Positions 44,503 to 55,985 of a stretch of DNA of 64,000 bases are shown one piece after another (within the stretch, counting starts at the first letter, position 1; the number at the start of each line of letters is the position of its first letter). The stretch spans positions 558,001-622,000 of the forward strand of contig OZ218961.1 in assembly GCA_965112735.1 (NCBI GenBank). Direction: 5' to 3'. The notes below the pieces were generated by a model. It searched no databases. It was not told where the DNA came from and worked only from the letters and a program-made list of their open reading frames with translations. Source of the stretch: Phaeosaccion multiseriatum. Taxonomy: Eukaryota; Protista; Ochrophyta, other classes. Both the position numbers and the translations under genes were made by a program.

Positions 44503-45559
44503 GGTGAGAGCTTTGTTGTTTGTTTTGAGCTGTGGTTGGGCTGGCTGCTTCTGCTGTTGGTTTGTTTGTGAGGGTCAGTGTTTGTGTCGGCTTGCCAGAG
44601 AAGTGCGGAAGGATCGGTAGATATGAGAAGTTAGTGTGTACCTTCCCTAACAACACACACAGGCCCCTCCATCAAAAATCGTCCTTGTTTTCGGGTCATT
44701 ATTTTTTTGGGCGGGAAACACAGCCTCGTCCCGAGGGCCTCCCCCCCCCTTTCTTTCTTCTTTGGGATTGCTAGAAGGGCCGAGGCAGCGTTGATTGGAT
44801 GAAGCACCACAGTTAAAGGGGAGGGGGGAAGGTGTGCAAGAGCAGACGAAGAGAGCGGGTCAGATGAGTATAATAAAATTAAGTGGACCCTGGTTCCTGC
44901 TTCTGGTCGGCGCCAGCCGGCCTGCTTCCTGCTCCTGGGCTGGCCTGTCTCAGAACCAGCCATGTCAGGGGCCGAACACTCTGGGGGAGGGGGCGTAGTA
45001 TTTTTTTCCACTTGAAGCTATCCCTCACTCGGTGTCCGCTTCTGCGTGGCCTAGCCCCTCCTCAGCATGCCGAACCGCCTCGAGTAGCCGTAGCACCACT
45101 TCGTTCACCAGCCAGGGCAAAGATATGCAAGAGGCAGGGGCAGCGAGGGGCGCGAGCAGACCAACTGGAGCAGCGGCAGGCACGTGGATGCCCCCCACAT
45201 ACTCCCTGGGCCAGGCTCTGCTCACATTCCTACCCCTGCTGTTTTCCTTTCGGTGGAGCCCTCCCTGCAGCAGCCAGCCGGAGAGCGCATGGCTGGTAGT
45301 AGCCCATCACGAACATGCCACGGAGTCACAAAGACGACCATGTGTGCACCTCCAACTGCTGTAGGACGGACATGACAACATCTCTACGGCTCCTCCAAGC
45401 AAGTCAAGCACGGCCGTCTATCCAGCTGGCCACTGACCCGCGCATGCTGTTAGCTACTGCTGGCCCCGCAGCCACCCAGCCAGCCTTTTGAGTATGGCAT
45501 CCCGGCCCCAGCAACTTGTTACACACCCTTCTGTCTCTTCCGCATCAGCTTTTTTCTCC

Positions 45560-45720
45560 TCTCAGTCCTGGCAGTCCCAGGGGGGGTATTGTTGGCATGC
45601 ACCCATTGCTTTTGATCTCCTCCAACGTTTTGGCGTCGATTTCCCATTGCCGCCCCCTCAGCGTATATTTGTTCATACCATTCGTTCCTGCGGATGACGT
45701 GTGGGCACGACTTTGTCGCA
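45560..45720 (-). pseudogene. Relic of the 3' end of the ankyrin-like gene
   Basis: The reverse complement matches 270-430 (aagtcgtgcccacac...atcgacgccaaaacgttggaggagatcaaaagcaatgggtgcatgccaac...gactgccaggactga), with indels. Confidence 0.75.
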
Positions 45721-45981
45721 CTAGGGGCGAGCGATAGGAGGAGGAGCATGTTGAGATAAATCGATGTCGATACTGGATATCGATCTACAGAGCATTCCCT
45801 CGCGCGTGGCGAAGTGCTCCGTGTATGAGCAAGATTCAAAGCCGCGGTAGCTATGAGTGTGATGATGTCTCGAAGCTTCCTTCTTGCCCACATGCACGCG
45901 GGGGAGGCTGTGAGGTGGGGGCAGGCCGTACGTAAGTGCTTATGAGGCCTTACGTAAGAACTTATGAGGTCCTACGTACGC

Positions 45982-46196
45982 GCTCGTGTTTGGCACTCTC
46001 GGTTCGTTGCAACATGTGTGTGGGCAACGAACGAGTTTGATGGTTTTGAAATTGTCTGATGTATGTTCGCACCACTCTCTGCGAAAGCCCCGCACGCACC
46101 CCCCCCTGTGCGGGCTTCACCCAGGCCATCAAGTTGCCGCAAAACGAAACGGTTTGACCCGTTTCTTCGTTCGGGCGGTTCCCAAGCGACGCGAGC
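45982..46196 (+). ncRNA. Candidate structured RNA element of unassigned family
   Basis: Nested, abutting helices: 45982-45993/46182-46196; 46002-46010/46024-46032; 46037-46046/46123-46132 enclosing 46066-46071/46080-46085 and 46086-46095/46108-46116; 46136-46152/46159-46179. The non-Watson-Crick pairs are G-U on the + strand. Confidence 0.45.
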
Positions 46197-46460
46197 AACG
46201 GGCCAACTCTTCCTGTTGCCACGTGACTGACTGTGTCACTTTCATCTAGTCTATCCCATATGTCGTACCATCCGTGCAGTGACTGCGTGCGTGCGTGCGT
46301 GGGTGGGTGGGTGTGTGCGTGAGGCGCAACATTAGGCCCCACTCGTAAGCACACCCACACACACTTCCACGCACACACGCCCACTCCTCCTTCTCCTCCT
46401 CCTCCTCCTGACACCAGGCACTCCTCACAAAGTCGAAGCTATCCTGACGCTAGATTCTCC

Positions 46461-47323
46461 TCACGAAGGAGAGGGCACCCGCTGGGGTGCAATCCGGTGG
46501 TTTCGACTTAGTCTCCTGCCGATGAAGCCACCCCCTCCTGCGCCCCTCCCCCCACCTCTGCCTCTCTTTCTTCCTTCCGTTCTTCTTCCTCTACCGGCCT
46601 CGGTATCGCTCCGAGGACCCTGCCGTACTAGTGTCGCCTTCTCACCCCCCTTCTCCTCCTTCTCCTCCCTTCTACTCTTACTATTGTCTATTAGGGCGGT
46701 CCCTTCACCCTCCTCCTCGTCCCCTCCGCCCCGGGGATCCGAGGAAAAGGGCTCTGCCGGGGATACTTCTTCTTGCGCTTCGTGTTTGCAGCCATCTCTA
46801 TCGTTGCTCAACATGAGACTCGTCGCCCCGCTGGTAGGCCTGTCTCCTTCTTCCCCTCCACCTCCTTCTCCTTCCCCTCCTGCTGCTGCTGCTTCTGCTC
46901 CTCCTCCTCTTATTCCTCCTCCCCCCAATCCATCTCCTCCTCCTCCTCCTCCTCCTCCTCCTCCCCCTCCTCCTCCCTCCCCTCCTGCACCTGCTCCTGT
47001 TCCTCCCTCCCCTTTTCCTCCTTCTACTATTCCTCCTCCTCCTCCTCCTCCTCCTCCTCCTCCTCCTCCTCCTCCTCCTCCTCCTCCTCCTCCTGTTCCT
47101 CCCTCCCCTTTTCCTCCTCCTCCTCCTCCTCCTCCTCCTCCTCCTCCTCCTCCTCCTCCTCCTCCTCCTGTACCTCCCTCCCCTTTTCCTCCTTCTTCTA
47201 ATCCTTCTGCTACCACACCTCCTCCTCCCTCCCCTCCTGTTCCTTCTTCTACTAATCCTCCTCCTTCTCCTCTTCCTCCTGCTTCTACTCCTCCTCCTCC
47301 TCCTCCTCCTCCTCCTCCCTCTC

Positions 47324-47354
<31 letters not shown>

Positions 47355-49086
47355 TTTTCCTCCTCCTCCTCCTCCTCCTCCTCCTCCTCCTCCTCCTCCT
47401 CCTCCTCCTCCTCCTCCTCCTCCCTCCCCTCCTGTTCCTGCTCCTGCTCCTCCCTCCCCTTTTCCTCCTTCTCCTACTCCAGCTCCTTCTCTCTCTCCTC
47501 CTCCTCCTCCTCCTTCTCCTCCTCCTCCTCCTCCTCCTCCTCCTCCTCCTCCTCCTCCTCCTCCTCCTCCTCCTCCTCCTCCTCCTCCTCCTCCTCCTCC
47601 TCCTCCTCCTTCTCCTCCTCCTCCTCCTTCTTCTTCTTCTTCTTCTTCTCCGCGTTCGCGTGCCCAGTCCGGCCCAGCAGCGCTAGATACGAAGGGCGCC
47701 GCCGCCGGCGGTTGATTCCCCGTCTCCTTCAACAAAGCTGCAATTCGTCCCTGCAAGTGGGTGTTCTGTTTCTGCAACTCCACAATCCTCGCACTCGCAC
47801 TGCTATCAGTGCGGCTCGCTGCTGCGTCGTTGTGACTCTTGCTCAGCATCCCCATTGCTGGTGGCCCCAGCCGCCCCCATGGCCCCCCTCCTCCTACTCC
47901 TGGCAGCATTCCTAGTCCCAATCCTGGCAAGACCATTCCCAGTCCCGTGCCAGCACCAGCGAACGGAGGCACACCCATGCCAGGCCCGACACCTCTCACT
48001 CCTGGCCCAGCGTAGCCGCCTGGGCCTCCGAAAGAAACGCTAGCAATACCTCCTGGGCCTTCGAAGGAGGACGGAAGCCCCCTGACGCCTCCTCCAGGGC
48101 CCGTGTAGGCCGCGCCTACGAAAGAAGGCGGCGGGCTCGCCATCTCTGGCGTTTTCCCGAAGGTGGACGCGCGGAGGAAAGCGGGAGGAGGAGGAGACGT
48201 GGCAGGTGGCGTTGTTGCTGACAGTCCTCCTCCTCCTCCTCCTCCTCCTCCTCCTCCTCTTCCTCCTCCTCCTCCTCCTCCTCCTCCTCCTCCTCCTCCT
48301 CCTCCTCCTCCTCCTCCTCCTCCTCCTCCTCCTCCTCCTCCTCCTACCCCTGGCCCTGCACCTGTTGGTGGTACAACGGAGGAAGAGCCAATCGACCGTT
48401 GTTGTCCTGGTCCGATTGGAGCGTTCGCTAGGGAGAGGAAGACAGGCGGGGGCAGCGAGGGTGAGGCGACTGCCGTCGAAACCCCCGGCAAGGCTCCTGC
48501 AGAGGAGACGGACAGCAACGCAGGAGGCCTTCCGATTGCCGAGCCCGGACGCGAAGTAGACAGAGACTGGTGCGGCCTAGCCTGGGTCGGGGCCATGCTG
48601 TTGTTGGTGGTGCCGCCATTCGTCTCCATTAAGCCCCTTCTCTCGGTGCCGGACTGACCCTTGGTGCTGACTGGGCGCGGAAAGGATGTGGAGTTTCCTC
48701 CATTCATCCTTCCGTTAGGCCCTCCAATGGTACTCCTCATGCCCTTGGCCATGGTGTTGCGAAGCTCTGCACTTCGCGCCTTGAGAAGATCCTCAACGGT
48801 TACATCGGGGTTGTTGCGATGGAAGATGATCTGTGCATAGTACGCAGAGGCAAAAGGAAGCACAGATGGAATACATGCGAACATGCCATTAAGACGCACG
48901 CACACACACGCACGCACACCGAGAGTGAGAGAGACAGGGGAGGGGGGGAGGAGGGAAAGTGGGGGGGGAAGGAGGAGAAGCAGGAGCAGGAGGAAGAGGA
49001 AGAGAAGGAGGAGCACACAGGAAACAAGCAGGTGGTCAGCGGTGTGACTGATAACGATAAAGTGCAATAAATTGGAACTGAGCATA

Positions 49087-49138
<52 letters not shown>

Positions 49139-52100
49139 CTCCTGCTCCTCCTGCTCCTCCTGCTACTCCTCCTCCTCCTCCTGCTGCTGCTCCCTCCTCC
49201 TCCTCCTCCTCCTCCTCCTCCTCTCCTCACCTTGGGCACGATGACACACCCCACCGCAGCCATAGCACTGGCACTCACACCAATCGCCGCCACAACTGCC
49301 CTCGTAGCAACCCCAATATCCGACATGAGAACAAGCCCGGACATTCCTCCAATGAGCACAATGGAGTATATGCCAAACATGATCTCCTTGGACTCGGCGA
49401 ATGTACTACCAACGTTCCTAGTCTCGTAACTGAGATAGCACCCCAACCCGAGTACCGTAAAGTGATAGAAGTAAAGAAGGTTCCGGACGGTGTTCTCAGA
49501 CCCTGCGTGGCAGGAACTGTGCATGTGCGCGTGTGGGTATGTGTGTGGGTATGTATGGGTGTGTGTGGGTATGTGTGTGGGTATGTACGGGTATGTGTGG
49601 GTATGTGTGTGGGTGTGTGTGGGTGTGTGTGGGTATGTGTGGGTATGTGTATGGGTATGTATGGGCATGTGTGGGTATGCGTATGTGGGCGGATAAAAGA
49701 GTGAGTAGATGGGTGGGTGAGTGGGTGGGTGAGTGGGTGGGTGAGTGGGTGGGTGGGTGGGTGGGTGGGTGGGAGGGTGGGTGTGTACATGTGAGTGTGG
49801 GGGAGTTGTAAGGGTAAGTGTGTGGGTGCGCGCCGCGTGTGGGGGGTGGGCGGGATACGTGGGGAGGGGGTGAAGTCCGGATTGCATCGAAGAGCCTTCA
49901 GTTGAAGTTGAAGTTGATAAGTACACATGAACACTCACTCATGCTCATACGTATACGTACTTTGAAATGACGTAATCCCCTACCCGCCCGTCGAATGTGG
50001 CCACCTCCTCCGCATACGAAGGCGCCGAGAGAGTCCACCAAAGCAGCAGCACAATGTCCAAGCACACCATCCCTACTAAGCAGTGGAACAGCTTCGAAGT
50101 CTTAAACACGGATCGTTTCGTGCCCCTCCCGCGTACAAAGATGTACCACACACGATAGATCTAAGGGCGTCGGTGATACAGGGGGTGGGTAGATAGTCAA
50201 TGGGTGGGTGGGTGGGTGGGCGAGTGTTGGTGAGTGCAGGTGAGTGGGTGGGTGGATGGGTGGGTGGATGGAAATAGGTAGGTACGCAGGTAGGTACGCA
50301 GGTAGGTTGGTAGGTAGGTAGGTAGGTAGGTAGGTAGGTAGGTAGGTAGGTAGGTAGGTATGTAGGTAGGTAGGTAGGTAGGTAGGTAGGTAGGTAGGTA
50401 GGTAGGTAGGTACGTAGGTATATAGGTAGGTACGCAGGTAGGTGCGCAGGTAGGTAGGTAGGTAGGTACGACGTAAAAGCAGTTACGCACCTTCAGAATA
50501 AGCGAGCCGATGCTTATAGTAACGGCAATGTGGAACACCCAAGGGGTGGCTATGCAGGTGGCGTCGGAGGGTGGGCCCAACCGAAGCAATGTGCTTAGAC
50601 ACGTGAGAGCGGAGAAGCCTGCGAAGAGACCACAGAACTGAGGCTGCGATAACTGTTGAGGGAGGGAGGGAGGGAGGGAGGGAGGGAGGGAGGGAGGGAG
50701 GGAGGGAGGAAGTGTGAGCGTGACAGTATGCGTGTGACTCAGAGGGAGAGGAGAGAAAGAGAGAGAGCGCGTCAGAGAGCAAGACAAAGAGAGAAAGACA
50801 AAGAGAAAGAGAGAGTGGGAGAGAAGAGAGAGAGGAAGAGAACGAGAGAATGGAAGAGAACGAGAGAAAGACAAAGGAGGGGAGAGAAAGAACGACAAAG
50901 AGAGAGAGAGAAGAGAGAGGAAGGACTCAGAGGGAGAGAATAGAAAGATAGAGAGCTAGAGCGAGAGAGAGAACGACAATGAGAAGAAAGACAAGAGAGA
51001 ACGAGAGAGAGAAAGACAAAGAGATCGAGAGCAAGAGCGAGAGGGAGAGAACCAGAGAAAGACAACGAGAGAGAGAAGACAGAGAGAAAGAGAATGTAAG
51101 AAAGAAAGACAAAGGGATAGAGAGAGAGGGAGAGAGAGAGAGCTTACGGTAGGTAAGAGGGGGGGGCAAGTGGCCTGACCGCGCTCGGTCAGTCCTAAGA
51201 CAATTCAAACATCTACCCTCCCTGCATATCACCAACTGCTGCGCACCCATCCCCCGCTCTCCACACACTCATATTAAGTCAATGAGTAACTCTCCACACA
51301 CTCCTTCTGAACATACCTTGACTATGGGCGACTCCCGCTCAAGGACGATCCACACACACGCCATCGCCGATATGCCTCCACTCAGGAGGGCGAAAAAGGC
51401 ACACACGATACCAACGGTCGAGCTCACGGGGACCCAAGTGCACTCAAGATCTTCAATCATGGGCGGTAGTACGTCACCTCCCTCGCAATCGGTTTCCGCG
51501 TCCCAAGCGTATTTCACGGTCCGCGTGTTGTTTCTGTTGCAGCCTGTACGTGTGCAGGCGAGGTAGGGGGGGTGGTGGTGGGTGAGTGAGTGGTTGGGTA
51601 GGTGGAGGGGGTGGGCAGGGTGGGTGAGCGCATGCTGAGTGTGTGTGGGTAGGGTGAAGGCGGGGCTTTATGTGTGTGGGGTGGGTGTGGGGTTGTGTGT
51701 GAGTGTGGGGAGGTGTGTGCGTGTGCCCTCTTCCCTTCCCTCCCTCCCTCCCTCCCTCCCTCCCTTCCCACCTTCGCTGACAAGTGCATGGAAATCTTCA
51801 ATCGTGCACGTCGGACAGGAGCCCTCTTCACACACGCATGACCCCTCCCCCAGCATTTCTATGCAGCTGCGGTATGGGAAGCTCGGCATGGGGTAGGTGA
51901 GAAGGGTCGACGCCCTCTCCTCAGGGAGCACCACTTCTAGATCAAGTGCGTCGTTACTGCGTTGTACAAAGGAGTATCCTGTTGTTGACATACCCGCCGA
52001 GTTGACTAGGGTGGGTGGGAGGGAGGGAGGGAGGGAGGGAGGGAGGGAGGGAGGGAGGGAGGGAGGGAGGGAGGGAGGGAGGGAGGGAGGGAGGGAGAGG

Positions 52101-55032
52101 GAGGGAGGGAGGAGGGAGAGAAGGGAGGGAGGGGAGAGAAGGAGGAAGAGAGGAGGGAGAGAAGGGAGGGAGGGGAGAGAGGGAGGAAGAGAGGAGGGAG
52201 AGAAGGGAGGGAGGGGAGAGAGGGAGGAAGAGAGGAGGGAGAGAAGGGAGGGAGGGGAGAGAGGGAGGAAGAGAGGGGGGAGGGGGTGCAAAGAGAGAGT
52301 GAGAAATGGATAGAAATTGAGCGAGAGGTAGGGCATTCATACGTGGAAGGGGAAGGAAGAGAGAAAGTCAAGAGCACCGGAGTACCCACACAGAAGCACA
52401 GACGCGATAGTCCCGGGTCCACTCGATGTTGAGACTGAAACTGACACTGAATCTGAAACTGAAACTGAACTGAATCTGAAACTGAAAAAGAGGCTGGGAC
52501 TTACAGGTGAGCTTTCCGAAGAAAGTTTCCACGCTGGTGCGATACATTGCATCCACAACATCCTCTGTCGCCACGGACTCGGCAGCGAGCTGCAGAGGGG
52601 AAGAGGAGTGGGTGTGTGTGTGGGGGGGGGGGGGGGATGAGATGATGGCAGCATAAGGGTACGCACACACACACGCACAATGATACACAATCACACACTA
52701 AAGGAAAAGGCACGGGTCGGGTGTCATCACTTACAACGGCGTTGTAGACGGCAAGCATCCCTATAAACTGTGCCGCCGCTCGGTAAGTAGGCACGTAGCC
52801 ATACCTTAACGGAAGGGTCGAGGTCACAGTCAGGGTCAGGGTCAGGGTCAGGGTCAGGGTCAGGGTCAGGGTCAGGGTGAGCGTCAGGGTGAGCGTCAGG
52901 GTGAGCGTCAGGGTCAGGGTCAGGGTGAGCGTCAGGGTGAGCGTCAGGGTCAGGGCCAGGGTCAGGGTCAGGGTCAGGGTCAGGGTCAGGGTCAGGGTCA
53001 GGGTCAGGGTCAGAGTCAGGGTCAGGGTCATGATTGAGTAGTCGTACCGATCTTGGAAGGTCGCTATCCATGAACTTGGGGTATAGCCAGTGAGGTCACA
53101 CAAAAGCAGCATGTCTTGGTGCCATGGTACGGCACCCAGGACGTATTGGCCCGATGACCCCGTTGCGTTGACAAAGGACTCGGCCTCTACACCTTGGGCC
53201 ATGACGATTGCGTCAACGTCCAGTTGCTGTTAGGGAGGGGGGGGAGGAGAAGGAGTCAGGAGCACTTGCGAGAGGACAGGCCGTGGGTAGGCGAGCCCTA
53301 CTCACTCCACATCCAGTATGAAGGAAGAGGCTATATCACAGCTGGCGGCGACTCGACATACCTCCGCGTCAAGGATTGGGAGTACAGCCTGTGTGTACTC
53401 GGTGTACATGCAGCCGACAAGCACGTCGATTTGACTTTCTACTGCGGATAGACTCTCTGCCATTGCCTGGAAGGAAGGAGGAACACCAGGGGGACTTGTA
53501 GTGTGGGTGATTTTTACTGTTGAGACTTTAGACTTCGTCAAGTCAAGTCATCAACGGAGAGAGGAATGGTGTAGGTATTGATATCGACCCCATGTCGGAG
53601 TCAATCATGTCGAGCACATCGTTTATGTCGAGCATATATCGACTGCAACCTATGGTGCCCCCTCTTACCTGAATCTCCGCGGTGTCTGGGTCGGATGAAA
53701 GGGTCGTATTGAAGACAACGGATATGGTGTCGTCATTGTGAAGTGTGGTGAGGTCTTCAATGTAGCTTCGCGCTCCAGCGCATACAGAAAGCCCGTAACT
53801 GACGTCCTGTGAATAGGAGAGGGGGGGGTGGGGAGAGGGAGAGGGAGGGTGGGGGGGAGGGCGAGGAGGGGGAGGGGAAGGGGAAGGGAGGGGGGGAGGA
53901 GGGGTGGTTGCTCAGGAAGGCAGGCAGGCGAGAAGGAGAGCGAAACAAGACGAAGGCAAGGGCTCCCAACAGAAATACTCACTCACTCACTCACTCACTC
54001 ACTCCTCCTCCTCCTCCTCCTCCTCCTCCTCCTCCTCCTCCTCCTCCTCCTCCTCCTCCTCCTCCTCCTCCTCCTCCTCCTCCTCCTCCTCCTCCTCCTC
54101 GTCCTCCTCCTTCTCCTCCTCCTGCTCCTCCTGCTCCTCCTCTTCCTCCTCCTCCTCCTCCTCCTCCTCCTCCTCCTCCTCCTCCTCCTCCTCCTCCTCC
54201 TCCTCCTCCTCCTCCTCCTCCTCCTCCTCCTCCTCCTCCTCCTCCTCCTCCTCCTCCTCCTCCTCCTCCTCCTCCTCCTCCTCCTCCTCCTCCTCTCTTG
54301 CTGCCGCAAACAGCCACACACCCATGCACAGTCTTGTACCTGCTGCACAATCGCAATCTTCCTCGCCCCGTGAAGATAGACAGATTTTAGGGCTTGCTTC
54401 ATGGCGCCCCCGTTTGGCGACACCGCAGAGAAAGCATATGAGGTACCCTCATACACACTCTCCGTGGACACTGCTGCTGCCGTAATGATAACCCCATTGG
54501 CCTCTGACACAGGTACAGCATACTTGCCCAGACTTGTGCTGAAAGGCGATACGAGAAAGTCGGCGCCCTCGTCAATGAGTCCTTGCACGAGGCCTGCAAT
54601 TGCGGTGGCGTTTTGACCATCGTCTGTGAAGTTCACTGCTGCTGCGTAGGTGGTGCCTCCGACGGGGATGCCACCCTTCACCTCGTTCACCCACCTGGCG
54701 GGTGTAGTGGATCGGTGATAAGGGAGGGAGGGAGTGGGGGAAGGAGGGGATGGAGAGGCATCTTAGGGGGTGAGCTCAGAAAGGGTACCATGATGTGAAG
54801 TACCGCACACTCACCACACGAACATATCTGCGGCATCCTCCAAAGACTGAGAGTAGCTCTTGAAAACTTGGCTTGGGCCTGTCCGGCTGCCGAGCCCCTT
54901 CCAGTACAGTGTCCCATCAAAGGTATTGCCCCCGATGCTGACTGGGTTGAGATCTACAGCCCCGGCGCCAGGGAAGCTGCCCAAGAACAATAGCAGCAGC
55001 GAGAGCAGCTGCAGCATCTCCATCATCATCAT
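46461..55032 (-). CDS. Class C (GABA-B-like, 7tm_3) GPCR with a type-1 periplasmic-binding-protein (Venus flytrap) ectodomain, about 13 exons
   Basis: Signal peptide MLQLLSLLLLFLGSFPGAGA. PBP1-like segment VNEVKGGIPVGG...DDGQN...GADFLVSPFSTSL...GARKIAIV. Cys-rich linker CTIEDF..VS.C...R.VKYAW...CEGGDVLP...LECTWVP. 7TM motifs SPIVK|LSQPQF, GSLILK|IYRVWYIF and YETRNVGSTFAESKEIMFGIY. The long tail has a coiled coil (ARIVELQKQNTHLQGRIAALLKE) and poly-Gly. The 3' end is taken from the ORF track. Confidence 0.85.
50275..50468. repeat. (TAGG)n intronic microsatellite
   Basis: Directly visible. Confidence 0.9.
52827..53030. repeat. (TCAGGG)n hexamer repeat filling a GPCR intron
   Basis: Directly visible gtcagg run with tgagcg variants. 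Confidence 0.9.
54002..54295. repeat. (CCT)n intronic triplet repeat
   Basis: Lies between the GPCR exons ending IVQQ and beginning DVSYG. Confidence 0.9.
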
Positions 55033-55985
55033 CGATGATATAGCGCACAGCAGTCTCCATCCCTTGGTGTTCCTACCATCATCCCTCTCGTCGGGTACTG
55101 CCTCGTCGGCGGTGCTGCGAAAGAATCCTCTCCTCCTCCATACCCTTTTTTCTCACGCTTGATAGCCTCAGCCGCTCTGCCACCATTCCTCCCTCTTCTT
55201 ATTATATTTATATACTTACGAACACATGATGTTGCCAGAAAAAAAGAAAAAAGAAAAATGTGAAACTGCCAGCGCGGCGCACAACTACCTCCCATCAAAC
55301 GTACGGCTACAGTACCTCCAATTGCCGGCCGGCCGCCAGTAGCATAGAATCGCTCGGTTGCACGTCAGGGGTGGACAGGAGGTGGCCCCATAGCCGATGT
55401 AAGAGCTCCTTGCCTCGTGCTATGCGACAAGTACCATAACCGAGGAAGAGAAGAAGAACTGACCCCTGACGCGCTATCGCCCACATTCTCGATAGCGCGC
55501 TATCGGTCGCCGGCCGATAGCGGATAGCGGATAGCGGATCGGCTGGCGCCGGCGATAGCGGATAGCACGCCCCCACAACCCCCCCCCCCCCAAAGCCGGC
55601 TGGCGCCGGTGATAGCGGATAGTGCGTCAGTGTAGGTGTATGGGCAAGGACATCGATATTTGAGGTCGAAAGGGTCTATTTCGGGTTAATGCGGGTGGTT
55701 TCGGTCTATGGTCGGGTGGTTTTGGTCGATCCCCCTCTACTCAACGTCTCTACATCTACACATTGACGCTCCGTATGTATGTCGACTTCCCTCGAGAATC
55801 GAATCGACGTATCTACATTCAAAAGTCGAACTCCTTAATTTCTTTTCTTACGGAAGGTGCTGAGCTACAATACACGAAACGTGAGTATGCGAAGAGCCTC
55901 TCCCTTCCCTTCCCGTACACTCCCCTCCTTTTGTCAGCTGGAAAAGCTGCGGCTGGGTGCTCGAACCTCAGACCTCTGACCCTGG

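Larger units (their letters stand above)
39020..44900. repeat. Tandem triplication of a ~2-kb unit (ARM relic + spondin gene + promoter)
   Basis: Three directly repeated units with a period of about 1.95-2.0 kb (spondin ATGs at 40547, 42546 and 44502). Confidence 0.9.

Noticed and set aside
39020-45000. Autonomous transposon or LTR element explaining the repeats
   Set aside because: No transposase, RT, integrase, Rep/helicase, terminal repeats or target-site duplications are visible.
46065-46120. RNase MRP RNA (GAAAGCCCCG on +; caGAGAGtg loop on -)
   Set aside because: The elements lie on opposite strands or in the wrong order, and no distal P4 partner or CR-IV/CR-V is present.
46047-46125. 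Hammerhead ribozyme (CTGATG...GAAA...hairpin...TT)
   Set aside because: The core reads CUGAUGU rather than CUGANGA, extra bases separate it from stem II, and stem I cannot form next to the core.
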